From contig NC_083449.1 of the NCBI RefSeq assembly GCF_020745735.1, forward strand, positions 9,398,923 to 9,462,922: DNA of 64,000 nt, written 5' to 3'. The stretch's first letter is position 1. Every line of letters starts with the position of its first letter. The notes beneath the pieces are model-generated. The model was not told where the DNA came from, did not search any database, and was given only the letters and a program-made list of their open reading frames with translations. Source of the DNA: Hemiscyllium ocellatum (Eukaryota). Shown piece after piece: positions 51,361 to 64,000 of the stretch. The position numbers and the translations under genes were made by a program.

Positions 51361-52154
51361 CAGACCTTTTGGAGCCTGTGTCTTTTACAAGCTTGTTAAA
51401 GGAGCAGCATCACAGCAGACTGGTCCAAGAAGTAAAAGACCATGGGATACAGGGGAACATGTTGAATTGGATCGAGTTGGGTCAGTCACAGGAAAGAAAG
51501 GATAATGGACAATGATGGCCATTGTGAATGGAAAGCTGTTACAAGCAGTAGTCTGCATGGCTCAGTGTTGGAACAGCTGCCATTTGTTTTAGACATTAAT
51601 GATTTAGAGTTGTATATATGGTGGGCAGATTTGTGAAATTTGTAGATGACACAAAAATTGGCCATATAGAGGATAACTGTAAGCTCCAAAACTCTATAGA
51701 TGGTTTGGTGGAGTGGGCAGGAAAGTGGCAGATGGAGTTGTGTCTGATAAGTGTCAGGGAATGCATTTTTGGAAGTCAGACAATAAATGGGAATAGACTG
51801 AGGGGACAGGTTAAGTGAGAGATCTTGGTGTGCAAGTGCACAGGTTCCTAAAGTGGATAGGGTTGTATGGAAGGCACATGGAATGCTCTCCTTGATTGGC
51901 AAGGAGAATGCTCTCCTTGATTGGAACAGAAATGTAGGGAAATAACAATGAAAGTGTATAAGGCACTGGTGGCTACAACAGGAGTACTGTGTGCAGTTGG
52001 GTCACCACATCACAGGAAGGACGTCATTGCTCTGGAGAGAGTGCAGAGGAGATTTACTAGAATGTTGCCAGGGCTGATGAATTCTGGCTATCAGGAGACA
52101 TTGGAGAGGTTGGGGTTGTGTTCCTTGGAACAGTGGTGCCATGATTAAGGAATA

Positions 52155-52375
52155 CAGGGTGGTCCCCGTATCCCCAGGTCCGGTTATCCCAGTTTCACTG
52201 ACCTGTGGTTTACTGTTGTCCGAGCATATAAAAGGGAATGTTCCAGAACCAGGGACCAGGTGCCTGCCGGGAAGGTATATTTCCATTTAAATTAATGGGT
52301 TCACACCTATCTACAGTTTTGGGCTTCCTCCATAGGTCCTGGAACGTATCCCCCATGGGTACCGGGGATCTACAA
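52155..52375. mobile_element. Tigger/pogo-type MITE resembling MER44
   Basis: TA-flanked with imperfect TIRs; subterminal GGTCCTGGAACGTATCCCCC as in MER44/Tigger7 ends (recalled, not searched). Confidence 0.55.
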
Positions 52376-53169
52376 TACTAAATAGTGAGCTAGCTGATGA
52401 AGGAGCAGCACTCTGAAAGCGTGCACTTCCAAATAAACCTGTTGAACTATAACCTGGTATTGAGTGATTTTTAACTAACTAGTGAGAGGGAGACATTAGA
52501 ATAGTCAGGAGGAACCTATTTCCTTTGGCAGAGAGTTCAGAAACCAGGGATCACAGATTCAAGCTAAGTGGCTGTAGGACTAGATGATATGAGGAAAAAT
52601 GTTGTTCATGCAGACAGTGGTGGGTATCTGGAATTTGCTGCCTAATTTGGTGTTGCGATAGAGACCCTTTTTTTTTAAACAAACATTCCCTGGAATTGCA
52701 AAAAATCATAATGATCATTAACTGAATGTTACATTAATGTTGTCAATCACAACTGATGCTGCTTTACTAGGAGGTATCGCCTCTGTCTTCCTCCAGGCAA
52801 GTACTCAAAGGACCAAGACAAAGTAATATTCCCTCGGTACAGAGCCAAGTGTGACCAGCTGCTTCGAACAAACAACAGATATGTTACTGCTGTCAGAGCG
52901 AAGAACATCCTTTCCACAGTCACAGAGTGGACTGAGTCAGACTTACATTGAGCTCCATTTCCAGGGATATGTTCAAACCAAGAGTCAAACACCACCAAGG
53001 AAATAGAAGTTTATATATTTTTAATCTATATTCTCAATAAATGCTACTCAGTTCCAATCAATTTGAAAAGAATCCTCAGCCGAAATATACACGTCCTTCC
53101 TGTAATGTGGCGACCATAATTGAAAAATCACGCAACACCAGATTATAATCCAACAAGTTCATTTGGAAG

Positions 53170-53204
53170 TACTAGCTTTCAGAGTGCTGCTCCTTCATCA
53201 GGTA
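53170..53204 (-). ncRNA. Minimal hammerhead ribozyme (family 2)
   Basis: TAC CTGATGA A GGAGC AGC ACTCT GAAA GC TA GTA. The copy at 41655-41689 has a CAC/GTG stem I and a GGAGC/GCTTC stem II. Confidence 0.7.
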
Positions 53205-53994
53205 ACTGTGAAACCAGATCATGAGACACAGAATTTATAGCTAAAGGTTACAATGTTATGCGTCTGAAATTATATATTGAATAAGTTGTTTCATCTTTTA
53301 GAATGGGTTGCAGGTTTCAGTTAATTAATATATACATCCCATAACTTTTATGTCTCATTCTCAAGATGACTTCAGGTTTTATTTAAAAAGGGTGACATCT
53401 CAGTTCAGATAATGTATTAAAGGTATGAGGTAAGAGTCTGTCTGTATCCCAATCTTGAGTCAGACTGGTTCTATCATCAAAGTAGGAATTTATAAAGTAC
53501 TACATTGATTGGCTGCCTGCAGGTTATGCTCTTTTTGAGCAAAATAGAATGTATCTGCAAATGCAAATTTACCCCTTAGACGTGTGTGTGTGAGTGTGTG
53601 CGTGCGCGCATGACTACATCTACGTTTGTGTGTGTGCACACTTGATAAAGTGTGTGTATGCGTGTGGTGGTGTCACCCGTGAGTGGGTATGTGCATTGGT
53701 CTGAGTGTGGGAGTTGTATGCATGTGTGTATGTGGGGAAGTGTGTGGATGAGGGAGGGTCTGCATGAGTGTGTGCGTGTGAGTGAGTGAGTGTGTAGTGT
53801 GACAGGAACCAAAAGGTCTCGATTCGAGGCTGTACTCATGGGTTCTGAACTTTAGTAAGGATACTTTTCACGTTATAATAGAGGTGAACAAATAGACAAT
53901 GCTGTTAGTTTGAACAACCATACACGAATTAGATCGTGAGTACAGATATTGAAGGAAACATTTCAGCTATCAATAACTGAGAAGGACAGAATTA

Positions 53995-54309
53995 AGGGCG
54001 GCACGGTGGCACAGTGGTTAGCACTGCTGCCTCACAGCACCAGAGACCTGGGTTCAATTCCCGACTCAGGCGACTGACTGTGTGGAGTTTGCACGTTCTC
54101 CCCGTGTCTGCGTGGGTTTCCTCTGGGTGCTCCGGTTTCCTCCCACAGTCACAAAGATGTGCGGGTCAGGTGAATTGGCCATGCTAAATTGCCCGTAGTG
54201 TTAGGTAAGGGGTAAATGTAAGGGTATGGGTGGGTTGCGCTTCGGCGGGTCGGTGTGGACTTGTTGGGCCGAAGGGCCTGTTTCCACACTGTAAGTCTAA
54301 GTCTAATCT
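53995..54309 (+). mobile_element. Full-length tRNA-derived V-SINE (HE1-like); other copies at 7168-7492(-), 40290-40525(-), 41722-41949(+) and 61797-62047(-)
   Basis: A box TGGCACAGTGG, B box GGTTCAATTCC, central TGTGTGGAGTTTGCACGTTCTCCCCGTG domain, LINE-like 3' tail. Confidence 0.85.
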
Positions 54310-55095
54310 TTTGTCACAATACTCTTAAGTATGACCTAACCAAAGTCTTATAAAGCTGCAATGTGACATCCTGACTCTTGTACTCAATTCCCCAACAAAT
54401 AAGGCAAGCATGCCACACACCTTCCTTCAGATACCACCATATCTACTTGCATGGCAACTTTCAGGGAGCTATAGACTGGATCCCCAAGATCCTTCTGTAC
54501 ATTAACTACTTTCAGAGTCCAGCCATTTACTGTATACCTTTCCTTAATATTTGATCTCCCAAAGTCCAGCATCTTACACTTTACCAGATTAAACTCATCG
54601 GCCATTAGTGAGTTTTGAGAAGATTTGTAGCTCAGGTTGAAGTTTTGGTTGTAGGTTTGCTCACTGAGCTGCAAGGTTCATTTCCAGACATTTCATTACC
54701 CTACTAGGTACTTCTTCAGTGGGCCTCAGGTGAAGCAATGCTGAAAATTCCTGCTTTCGATTTATATGTTTGGGAGTCTTTGGGTTGGTGATGTCATTTC
54801 CTGTTCCTTTTATCAGGGGATGGTAGATAGGGTTCAACTCTGTGTGTTTGTTGATTTCCAGTTGGAATGCCATGCTTCTAGGAATTCTTGTGCGTGTCTT
54901 TGTTTGGCTTGTCCAATGGTTGTGTTGTCCCAGCTGAAGTGGTGCCCTTCCTCCTCTGTATGTGAGGATACTAATGAGAGAGGGTCATGTCTTTTTGTGG
55001 CTAGTTGTGTTCATGTATCCCGGTGGCTAGTTTTCTGCCTGCTTGTCCAATGTAGTGATTGTTAGTCCTTGCATGGTATTTTGTAACTGACATTA

Positions 55096-55912
55096 TGGAG
55101 TCATAGAGATGTAAAGCATGGAAACAGACCCTTCGGTTCAACCCATCCATGCTGACCAGATATCCCAACCCAATGTAGTCCCATCTGCCAGAACCCAGCT
55201 CATATCACTCCAAACTCTACCTATTCATACACCCATCCAAATAACTCTTAAATGTTGCAATTGTACCAGCCTTCACCACTTTCTCTGCCAGCTCATTCCC
55301 CTTAGGTCTCTTTGCTGAAAATGTGTTGCTGGTTAAAGCACAGCAGGTTAGAGTTGCCCCTTAGGTCTCTTTGCTGAAAATGTGTTGCTGGTTAAAGCAC
55401 AGCAGGTTAGGCAGCATCTCAGGAATAGGGAATTCGATGTTTCGAGCATAAGCCCTTCATCAGGAATCCTGATGAAGGGCTTATGCTCGAAACGTCGAAT
55501 TCCCTATTCCTGAGATGCTGCCTAACCTGCTGTGCTTTAACCAGCAACACATTTTCAGCTGTGATCTCCAGCATCTGCAGACCTCATTTTTTACCCTTAG
55601 GTCTCTTTTATGTCTTTCCCCTCTCACCCTAAACCTATGCCCTCTAGTTCTGGACTCCTTGACCCCAGGAAAAAGACTTTGCCTATTTACCATATCCATG
55701 TCCCTCATAATTTTGTAAACCTCTATACGGTCACCCCTCAGCCTCTGACGCTCCAGGGAAAACAGCCCCGGCCTGTTAACCCTCTCCCCATAGCTCAAAT
55801 CCTCCAACCCTGGCAACATCTTTGTAAATTGTTTCTGAACCCTTTTAAGTTTCAAGTTTCACAACATTTTTCTGATAGGAAGGAGACCAGAATTGCAGCG
55901 ATATTCCAACAG
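55096..55912 (-). mobile_element. CR1 3' fragment nested in the family-3 PLE
   Basis: KLKRVQKQFTKMLPGLEDLSY...TRGHRFRV. Confidence 0.8.
55373..55593. mobile_element. Palindromic family-1 PLE mini-element with back-to-back hammerheads, inserted in a CR1
   Basis: 93-bp arms (55373-55465 / 55467-55559); TSD CCCTTAGGTCTCTTT at 55358-55372 and 55594-55608. Confidence 0.85.
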
Positions 55913-57822
55913 TATTAGTTTTGCTTGTTGTCTGTATAAAGTCTTTCAAGTTCATTAGCTGCTGTTTTAGTGTGTTGTATTTGTGGGCTACCATGATGCC
56001 AAGGAGTCTACATAGTCTGGCAGTAATTTCTGAGATATCTTTGATGTAGGAGACAGTGGGTAGGGTTTCTGGACGTGTTTTGTCTGCTTGTTTGGGTTAG
56101 TTGCTGAGAAATTGGCGGACTGTGTTCATTGGGTACCCATTCTTTTTGAACGATATCGGTGATTTTCCTCTACTCTGCGTAGTTCCTCTGTGCTGCAGTG
56201 TGTTTTGGCTCATTGTTCTGATGCAGCTTCGTTTGTGGGTGTTGGGATGATTGCTTCTGTAGTTCAATATTTGGTCTGCACATGTTTTCCTGCAGACGCT
56301 GGTTTGAAGTTCCCCATTGGCTGTTCGCTCTACTGTGACATCTAGGAATGGCAGATTGTTGTTATTTTCTTCCTCTTTAGTGAATTTTATGCCAGTAGAG
56401 GTATTATTGATGGTCTTGAAGGTTTCCTCTAACTTGTTTCATTTATTGATGACAAAGGTGTCATCCACGTAGCGGACTCAAAGTTTGGGTTGGATGATTG
56501 GCAGAGCTGTTTGCTCAAGTCACTGCAATTCTGCCTCTGATAGGAACCCTGATATTGGAGATCCCATGGGTGTTCCATTGGTTTGTCTGTAGGGTTGTTG
56601 TTGTTGTTGAAGGTGAAGTGGGTGGTTTGGCATAGGTCCACTAGCTTGATGATATTCTCCTTGTTGATGAAGTTAGTGGTGTTTGGTGTATGTGTTTTTG
56701 TGTCTTCTAATAGTGTAGTCAGTGTTTCCCTGTCCAGGTTAATGTTGATTGAAGTAAACAGGGCTGTTACATCAAAGGAGGCCATTATTTCATCCACTTC
56801 TTTAATGCTCTTCAGGAGTTCTTGAGTGGAGTGGTGAGAGTCTTCTACTAAGTGTTTTAGACTTTGGTGTAGCTCTTTGGCCAGTCTGTAAGTTGGCGTT
56901 CCAGGTAGTGAGACTATGGGTCTGAGGGGGGGCTCCTGGTTTGTCAATTTTGGGTAATCCGTAGAATCGTGGTGTGTGGAATTTGTCTGGTTCCATTTTT
57001 TTTTGGAAGTCTGTCTTATTTATTTCTCCAGATTTCTGGAGTTTTTTTGAGTAGGGCTGTGATTCAGTTCTCCAGTTGTGGAGTCGGGTCTATCGCCATT
57101 TTTTAGTAAGTGTTGGTATCTGTAAGTAGTGCGTTTGCTTTTTCAATGTAGTCTCTTTGGTTTAGAATGATTGTCAAGTGCTCTTTGTCTGCAGGTAGGA
57201 TAACAATGTTTTTATCTTTTTTTAGTCTTTCCAATCCTTTCCTTTCTTGTGTATTGAGTGCGTTTTCTTCCTTTTTCCTACCACTCCCTGAGAAAAGGAA
57301 CAGGAAGTGACTTCACCAGAGGAAATGGCATCACCAACTTAAAGAAACCCAAACATATAAATAGAAAGCAGGAACTTTCAGCATTGCTTTGCCTGAGGCC
57401 CAATGAAGATGTTACCTATTAGGATAATGAAATCTTGCAGCTCAGTGAGCAAAGCTCCATCAATCTGCTGTTTTTCCGGCCATATCCTCCTGCATCCTTT
57501 GACAAGCTTCTACACTACCCACAAGTCCATCAATCTTTATGTCGTCTGCATTTAGTAACGATAATTTTAATGTTTCAATTGAGGCAAACAAATAGCTGAT
57601 GTAATTACTTTGAGCAACCATATGTAAAATAAATATTAAGTACAACTTTATATTGAAGGAAACATTTCAGCTTTCAGGAATTGACAGCGACGGAATTAAT
57701 CTTTTGTCATGTACAGAGACACAGCAATCAAATAATATGAATTCTAAGTGCACATTCTCTGCAAAGCCTGACATAGAATGATTACTGTGTAGGTATGTAA
57801 CCAATTGTCGCCCCCCACCCCA

Positions 57823-57823
<1 letters not shown>

Positions 57824-57861
<38 letters not shown>
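57824..57861 (+). repeat. (CA)n microsatellite
   Basis: Direct inspection. Confidence 0.95.
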
Positions 57862-57863
<2 letters not shown>

Positions 57864-58656
57864 CTCTATCTCTCTGACTTACTTTCCAATGTCTAACTGC
57901 CTTGCAGTTCCAATGATATTGCAAGTAACAGAAAATGATTGACATTCAAAATGATTTCTACCTACAGATCCTTTGTCAGAGAGAGAGAGAGGCTGACAGC
58001 ACAGAATCAGGCCCTTCAAAACTTTTGAGTCTGCACTGATCAGAAACAACCAGCTAACAATTTTCATCCTGATCAGCCAGCATCAATTTGCATAAATGTA
58101 TCATGGTAGCAGAGGAGCTGCCATCCCCATCTTTATCACAACATCATTCTCCATTTCTTCATATTGCAGTAGAAGACTTTGTTTTGTCTGTTTCAGTCCA
58201 ACCAAAAACTTTTTTAAAGATAATTATGAACTACATTTAAAATTAGTTGCAATTATCTACAAAGATTTCTGCATTTGCTCTATCCCTCCCGAGGATGTAT
58301 CACAAAAAAGCATGAAATCTGGTTGCAATTTCACAATTCATCAATGGAATCTAATAACCACCCTTCAAAGCAGTGGAGAAAGGGGGAAAAAAGTGCCAAA
58401 ATTGGTAGGTTTGTAAAACTGCTCATTTTATTTTCAAGCAGAGTTGAACAGTGTTGATTATTCCATAAGTTGAATTTGATAATTTACATATTCTGCACTG
58501 CATGACAAAAAATAAAAATCCTTTTCCTTTCCTCCTTCCTACGATAGAGTAACACAAGAGTACTGTTAATGGTACATCATCACACTACAGAGCAGGGTAA
58601 TGTTCTGTCTACATCAGAAAAACAGTTAATTAGCCAATTGTTTTTTTCTGTACCAG

Positions 58657-58693
58657 GAACATTATGGTCAGTCAGCTCCAATACAATTGAAAG
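58657..58693 (+). other. Putative 37-nt exon 'C' (paralogues from 4761 and 21623)
   Basis: TTTTTTTCTGTACCAG acceptor and AAG|GTTTGT donor. Confidence 0.35.
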
Positions 58694-60711
58694 GTTTGTC
58701 ACCCTTTCACTTAGTTGCAAATGGATTCAGTTTACATTGATTGTTAGTTCAGCAATGTTCAGAAAAGTAAATCAATATGCACTGACACAAAAACTAATGG
58801 CATTCTGAAGACAAACATTTTATACCAATACTGCTGTTAGATTCTGCATTATACAAGTTACGAACGGTTCATTGTGTATCCTACCTTGACTCTGAAGAAC
58901 AGCACAGAATAGTTTCTGTTGCAGTGTGTTACGTTTTCACTTACACATGATTCCTACCGACACTAACAATTAAAGAACTTTGGCTGTTTTCCATCCACTA
59001 CAGGAGACATGAACGGAGTTACAGAGTGGCAGCATAAGAGCAAACTCACTCTCACTCAGCCACTGGATGCTGAAAGGAAAAGAATAAAATTAGGCCTGAA
59101 TTATTTCCAGATATGAATTGACTCTCAACATCACTTATCACAGCTGAGGATATGCAGCGCCTCATAAAATCTATTATACAGACATGCACACGCAATGTAA
59201 CAATAATCTGAGACTGAAATGCAATACAATTAAGCATCATTGAAAAGAGTTTATTTGCAGAGTTTATGCTACACTCAGACACAAACCCATAACTGAACAT
59301 AAATGAACGAGATCAAGTAAATCTCCAATGAACCCTCTCCAGAGCTTGAGAATCCTCCCTTAAAAAAAGTGCCAAGAACTGAACACAAATGTTGTCTGAC
59401 CAATGATCTGTCATTGAGATTGTGGGATATATATCTAAACTAGCACTATAGTTATTAAAAGTCAGATGACAGCAGAACTGATGCTGAATTGTCCTTTCCA
59501 TACAGATGCTGACAATGAGTGGATGAAGTTCACATTCCCAACAATTGCTGCAGAACTGATGCATAACAAGATGTCCCCATACAGACACAATAGGCTGAAT
59601 GGTCTGCTTCTGAGCTGTACCATATCAGTAACTCTGATTTTGATGAGAAAGGAGATGACATGCTGTTGTGTTGCATATTGGTATGAAAATGATCAGACAG
59701 AAATGGACCGACATGTCGAATAACACTCTTTCACAAAATAAACACCAACAATGTCTAGGTACAAATGAAACCTAAATGTCTCAGTGATACCACTGATCCC
59801 AGACACTCTACCCAAACAGGAAATGCGTACCACAGAACCCTTCAGAATGGTTCTCAGAATAAAGCAGTTTCCCTTCTGCCATCACCCTTTCTCCTCTCTC
59901 TTCCACCCACCCCGACAGACTGACAGTCAACTAAAAAAAATCAGAAAATGCGGAAAAGATTAAGATCCAGTCTCAACACCCTCATAACAAATATCACAGA
60001 ATATATCACATAGACACAGAGAATATTACAAGCTTCCACTTTGATACACAAGAGTGGAACCTGACAAGTGCAGGCTGATAACTGCACACTCACTATTCAT
60101 GTTGCAGAAATAGACAAACAAATGATGATGATACAGTTACTGTGATGCAAATCTGTGACTAATAGTCTCCATTGGTCAGTTTCTCTCAACTTAAGTCTCA
60201 CACTCCCATTGCAGTAACTGTCAGGGACAGATTAATAACTACACTCTCATTCTCGAAGCTAAAACTGACAGAAACAGAATGATAACTACACGTCCAGTTT
60301 CACAGAGCATAAACTGACAAGTAAACTCTGACAACGACACTCCTATTCATAGAGCAGTCTCACAGGTACATATTAGTATCTGCACTGTTCACATTCATCA
60401 AACAGGATGTGACAGGTAGAAATCTATATTTAAGTTCACATATTGATAAGGCAGAGATTGAGGGGCATAGACTGGTAACTGCATTCACATATTGATAGGA
60501 GAAATTGACAAGTACAGGTTAATATTGACAGTCTCAATTCACAGAGCAGGAACAGACTGGTAAATACACTCACATTGACATCAGGGAAACGGATAGGAAG
60601 AGATTGATAGTTATATGCATATAGAAGTAACTGACATTGATAACTACATCGAGCTTTTTGACGTACTGTTTGTATCAGGACCTGGAGATCTGCTTCGGAT
60701 AATCTGATATA

Positions 60712-61704
60712 CAGAGGAACCTCGAGTATTCGAATACCAATTGTCTGAAAAATCAGATTGTCCGAAGGAGATCTCGAGGTCCAGAAAGAAACATTACACC
60801 AAAGGCGTGTTTCCAACAGTGATCATGTATTTTGTTTACAGTTAATAAACAGGCACCGTCTCCAAATGACTGACCTCCCGCCCTCTCTCTCTCCCTCTCC
60901 ACATTTTCCCTGGAGTTCTGCAGAAGGGTGCACCCTAGACCCCTCCCCCCTTTTCCAGATAATGTCTGCAACATTGTCCTATACAAGGCAAACATAGAAC
61001 CTGTCAAAACGGTGCAGTAAAAAGGTTTGTGTGTGTGTGCGCGCTATTTGGAGGTTTACCCGACAAAGGCAGCTGCAGCAGCAGTTCTTATTGTTGGTAT
61101 CCAGTTCAGATGGCCCGGGGGTGGGGGGGGGGGGGGGGGGGGGGGGGGAAGGGGGTAAACTGGAACTGCACAGTAGTCCTGGATGGGGGGGGGGCAGCGT
61201 TGGAGAGGGTTGGGGGCAGACGGGAATGTACGGGGCCATCAGGGGGCGGTGTTGGATGAGGTTGGGGGTGGATTGGGATGGAAAGGGCAATGGGCGGGGC
61301 GGCAGTGTTGGATGGGGTTAGGTGTGGGCAGGGGAGATGTTAGTGGTTTTGGATGGAGGCTGGTGGGGGTGGACGGGGGCGCGGGTAGGAGGCAGTGTTG
61401 GATAGGGGAAGGGGGTGGTGTTGGATGGGGGCAGGGGTGGGAAGGGGGTGGTGTTGGATGGGGGCAGGGTGCGGGCAGTGTTGGACGGGGGAGGAGGCGG
61501 TTTGGGGGCGGGCAGGGTCAGTGTTGGACGAGGTTGTGGGCGGGATGGGGTCCAGTGTTGGGGGCGGGGCTCGTGCGTGGTATGCTGCTGCAGTCTCCTG
61601 AACGGGGAGCAGAGGAAAGACATTTAGTCAACTAACCGAATAATCAATTATCTGAACAAAATAGTGCCCGCCCAGCTTGTTCGGATAATTGAAGCTCGAG
61701 TGTG
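60712..61704. mobile_element. Tc1/mariner (Tigger-like) non-autonomous element with an internal G-rich tandem array
   Basis: TA|CAGAGGAACCTCGAGTATTCGAA ... TTCGGATAATTGAAGCTC...TG|TA; imperfect TIRs. Confidence 0.45.
61117..61570 (+). repeat. Poly-G plus degenerate GGCAGTGTTGGATGGGGG repeats (G-quadruplex prone)
   Basis: Run of ~26 G and many GGG+ tracts. Confidence 0.85.
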
Positions 61705-62872
61705 TATAACGATATACATGGTTAGGGTATACAGGAGGAAATGTTTCCCTCTTGACAGAGGGATTAATGACCGGGGTTGGGGAACAAAGATTGATGATTA
61801 GATTAGATTAGATTACTTAGTGTGGAAACAGGCCCTTCGGCCCAATAAATCCACACCGACCCGCCGAAGCGCAACCCACCCATACCCCTATATTTACCCC
61901 TTACCTAACACTACGGGCAATTTAGCATAGCCAATTCACCTGACCCGCACATCTTTGGACTGTGGGAGGAAACCCACGCAGACATGGGGAGAACGTGCAA
62001 ACTCCACACAGTCAGTCGCCTGAGGCGGGAATTGAACCCGGGTCTCATGTGGCAGCAAGTTAAGAGGGTGGTGGAAGGAAAACACTGAAGAAAAATTCAG
62101 ATGACAACCTGTGATTTCAAATCTGTGGACCAAATGCTGGGAAAGAAATGGGTTTAGAGAATAGTGAGGAGGCTGTTTTTGATGAGCGCAGACTTGAATG
62201 GTCAATAGGCCTTTTTCAGAAATGTGCCCTTCTTCGGTTCTGACTTTAGATTGAAGAAAGTCCTAGTTCCCTTGTGAAGTGACTTAACATGTAGCAGAAG
62301 TTGCGCAAACATATGGAAACGTTTCAAATATGTTCCAAGGGGAGCCCTGCTGAAACACAGCCTCTTGTCTCTGAATTAGAAGCTTCAGTGTGAAGGTCAT
62401 TGGTAAGTCTTGGCTGACTTTGGGGATTTCTAAGAATCTCGCTGAGGCAAAAAACACAAAGCCATAGAAACTTGATTCCTTTTGCAATAATCTTCCCAAA
62501 CGTGTTTTTTAAAAGAAAAATCTTCTTAACTAATAAGAATGGCACAGGAAATGGCAAACTAAGCGAAGGGAAACAGGAGGGGCAAATAAAGGGATAAATG
62601 GTAGGTAGAAATTTACAAAGCAAAATCTGCAGTTGGAATGATACATGAATGAGAAACCAATAGGGTCATCATGCACTTCATATCAACTTATATTCTGCCT
62701 TTACTTCGATAGGATGGAACAGTCAACAGTTCCCATTGAGTTACAGACAGGACACGTGCTGCTTCTCTGCTGTTTTTCCTCTTACATTGCTTTGACGTCG
62801 TATTTACTTCGCAACTTCTAGGACACTGGCAAAAATAATTACATTTATTTCCATTCCCTTTTTGTTTTCCAG

Positions 62873-62902
62873 TGAATCTTGCTCTCTTTGGGATCACCCA
62901 AG
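62873..62902 (+). other. Candidate 30-nt micro-exon
   Basis: TTCCATTCCCTTTTTGTTTTCCAG acceptor and AAG|GTAAGA donor; open in phase 1 (xNLALFGITQx). Confidence 0.35.
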
Positions 62903-64000
62903 GTAAGAGGGAACTGTAATTTTTGGATAAACATTTATAACAAGTCTTGTTATGCACGTTCTTTGTGAACTTTTCCAAACATGCATCAAATTCGAATTGA
63001 TCCCAGTCTTCCTGATCAGGAATTAGGGATATCCTTTGAACTGGAATCATTTTCAATCCTTCTCCCATATGGGTGCCCCACTAGTTATGATGAAAACTAA
63101 TGACCATTTTTTTTGACTTAATCACATCCGACAGAATCCATTCAGTAAATCTGTACCAGAGTTTAACTTCATCACAATACTTCAAATGAGCATGAGATTT
63201 CAAACAGGATGTTTGTGAAGTACAAAGTTAAGATGACTTTGGAGGAGAGAACAGACTATTATTTGAATGGAGAGAAACTACAGAGAGCTGCACCAGAAAT
63301 TGACTTGGTGGGGGCTAGCATTTGTGTATTAAAACCAGAATGCGAACACACATCAGGTAATCAGGAAGTGCAAAGGGAATCTTGGCCCTTATTTCAAAGG
63401 GATTGAAGGAGAATAGGGAACTCTTTCTGCAAATGTACAAGGTGCTTGTGAGACCATTTTTTTTGAGTACTGGGAGCTGTTTTGTTTCTCTTAGAAAATG
63501 AAATATATCACTTCATCGGAGGCAATTCAGCAAAGATTCACTATAATGATTCCCTGTATGCAGGGTTTGTTTCACGCATAAAGGCTAAAGAGGTTGGTAC
63601 TCTACTCATTCGAATTTAGAAGAATGAGTGGCGATCTCATTGAAACTTATCAGGACTTGACAGGGTCAATACTGAGAGGATGTTTCTTCATCATAGGCGA
63701 GTCTAGGACCAGAGGGTGCAGTCTCAGAATAACGGGGCACCAATTAAAAAGTGATATCTTTTAGACAATTGCGGGTTTTTGGAACTACTTGCCACAGAAA
63801 GCTGTGTGTATGTGTGCAAGAGTTCTTGTATACATTGAAGATCTACATAAATAAGTTCTCAATCAACTGAAAAATCAAGAGAAAGGGCAAGAAAATGGAT
63901 GTGAGGAATGTTATATCAGTCATAAGAAAATGGATGGCAGAGCAGGTTTGAGGGGCCAATGGCCTGCTCCTATCCTTATAGTTTAAAATATGAGTAGGAA

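Larger units (their letters stand above)
54608..57455 (-). mobile_element. Penelope-like element family 3 (degenerate RT + GIY-YIG), interrupted by a CR1, with an inverted pLTR at ~57290-57455
   Basis: PRFYGLPKI, PLRPIVSLPGTPTYRLAKEL and ASFDVTALFTSI motifs; hammerhead at 54684-54722(-) CCA CTGAAGA..GAAA TG TC TGG and a decayed + copy at ~57400-57435. Confidence 0.8.

Noticed and set aside
62688-63068. 126-aa Cys-containing minus-strand ORF
   Set aside because: No recognisable domain, and the strongest splice signals in this region are on the plus strand.

Overview
Eukaryotic, repeat-dense vertebrate DNA, most likely from a cartilaginous fish (inferred from HE1/V-SINE-type and SacSINE-like SINEs and HER1/CR1-type LINEs). 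It is part of a dispersed replication-dependent histone region. There are two intact H2B genes (16889-17269, 40941-41321), one intact H2A (18298-18687) and one frameshifted H2A pseudogene (43323-43662), all on + with 3' stem-loops. An inverted H2A locus remnant at 276-960 retains its flanks but has lost the gene. No H1, H3 or H4 is present. The window is built from about three 17-25 kb paralogous units: H2B, H2A, a strongly conserved ~400-bp GC-rich NRF1/YY1-type promoter with a putative first exon, duplicated small-exon modules, and a degenerate ~49-bp minisatellite. The promoter and small exons form a candidate unannotated spliced gene family (lncRNA or ~50-aa microprotein) that travels with the H2B-H2A pair. 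The rest is mostly CR1-clade LINEs (one with an uninterrupted 533-aa RT frame), SINEs, LTR remnants, Tigger-like MITEs and at least four Penelope-like families. Each Penelope-like family carries its own minimal type I hammerhead ribozyme, with about 20 copies in total. These include a palindromic twin, a two-pLTR internally deleted element and a copy associated with a ~640-bp inverted duplication. Coordinates were read by eye and repeat boundaries are approximate.
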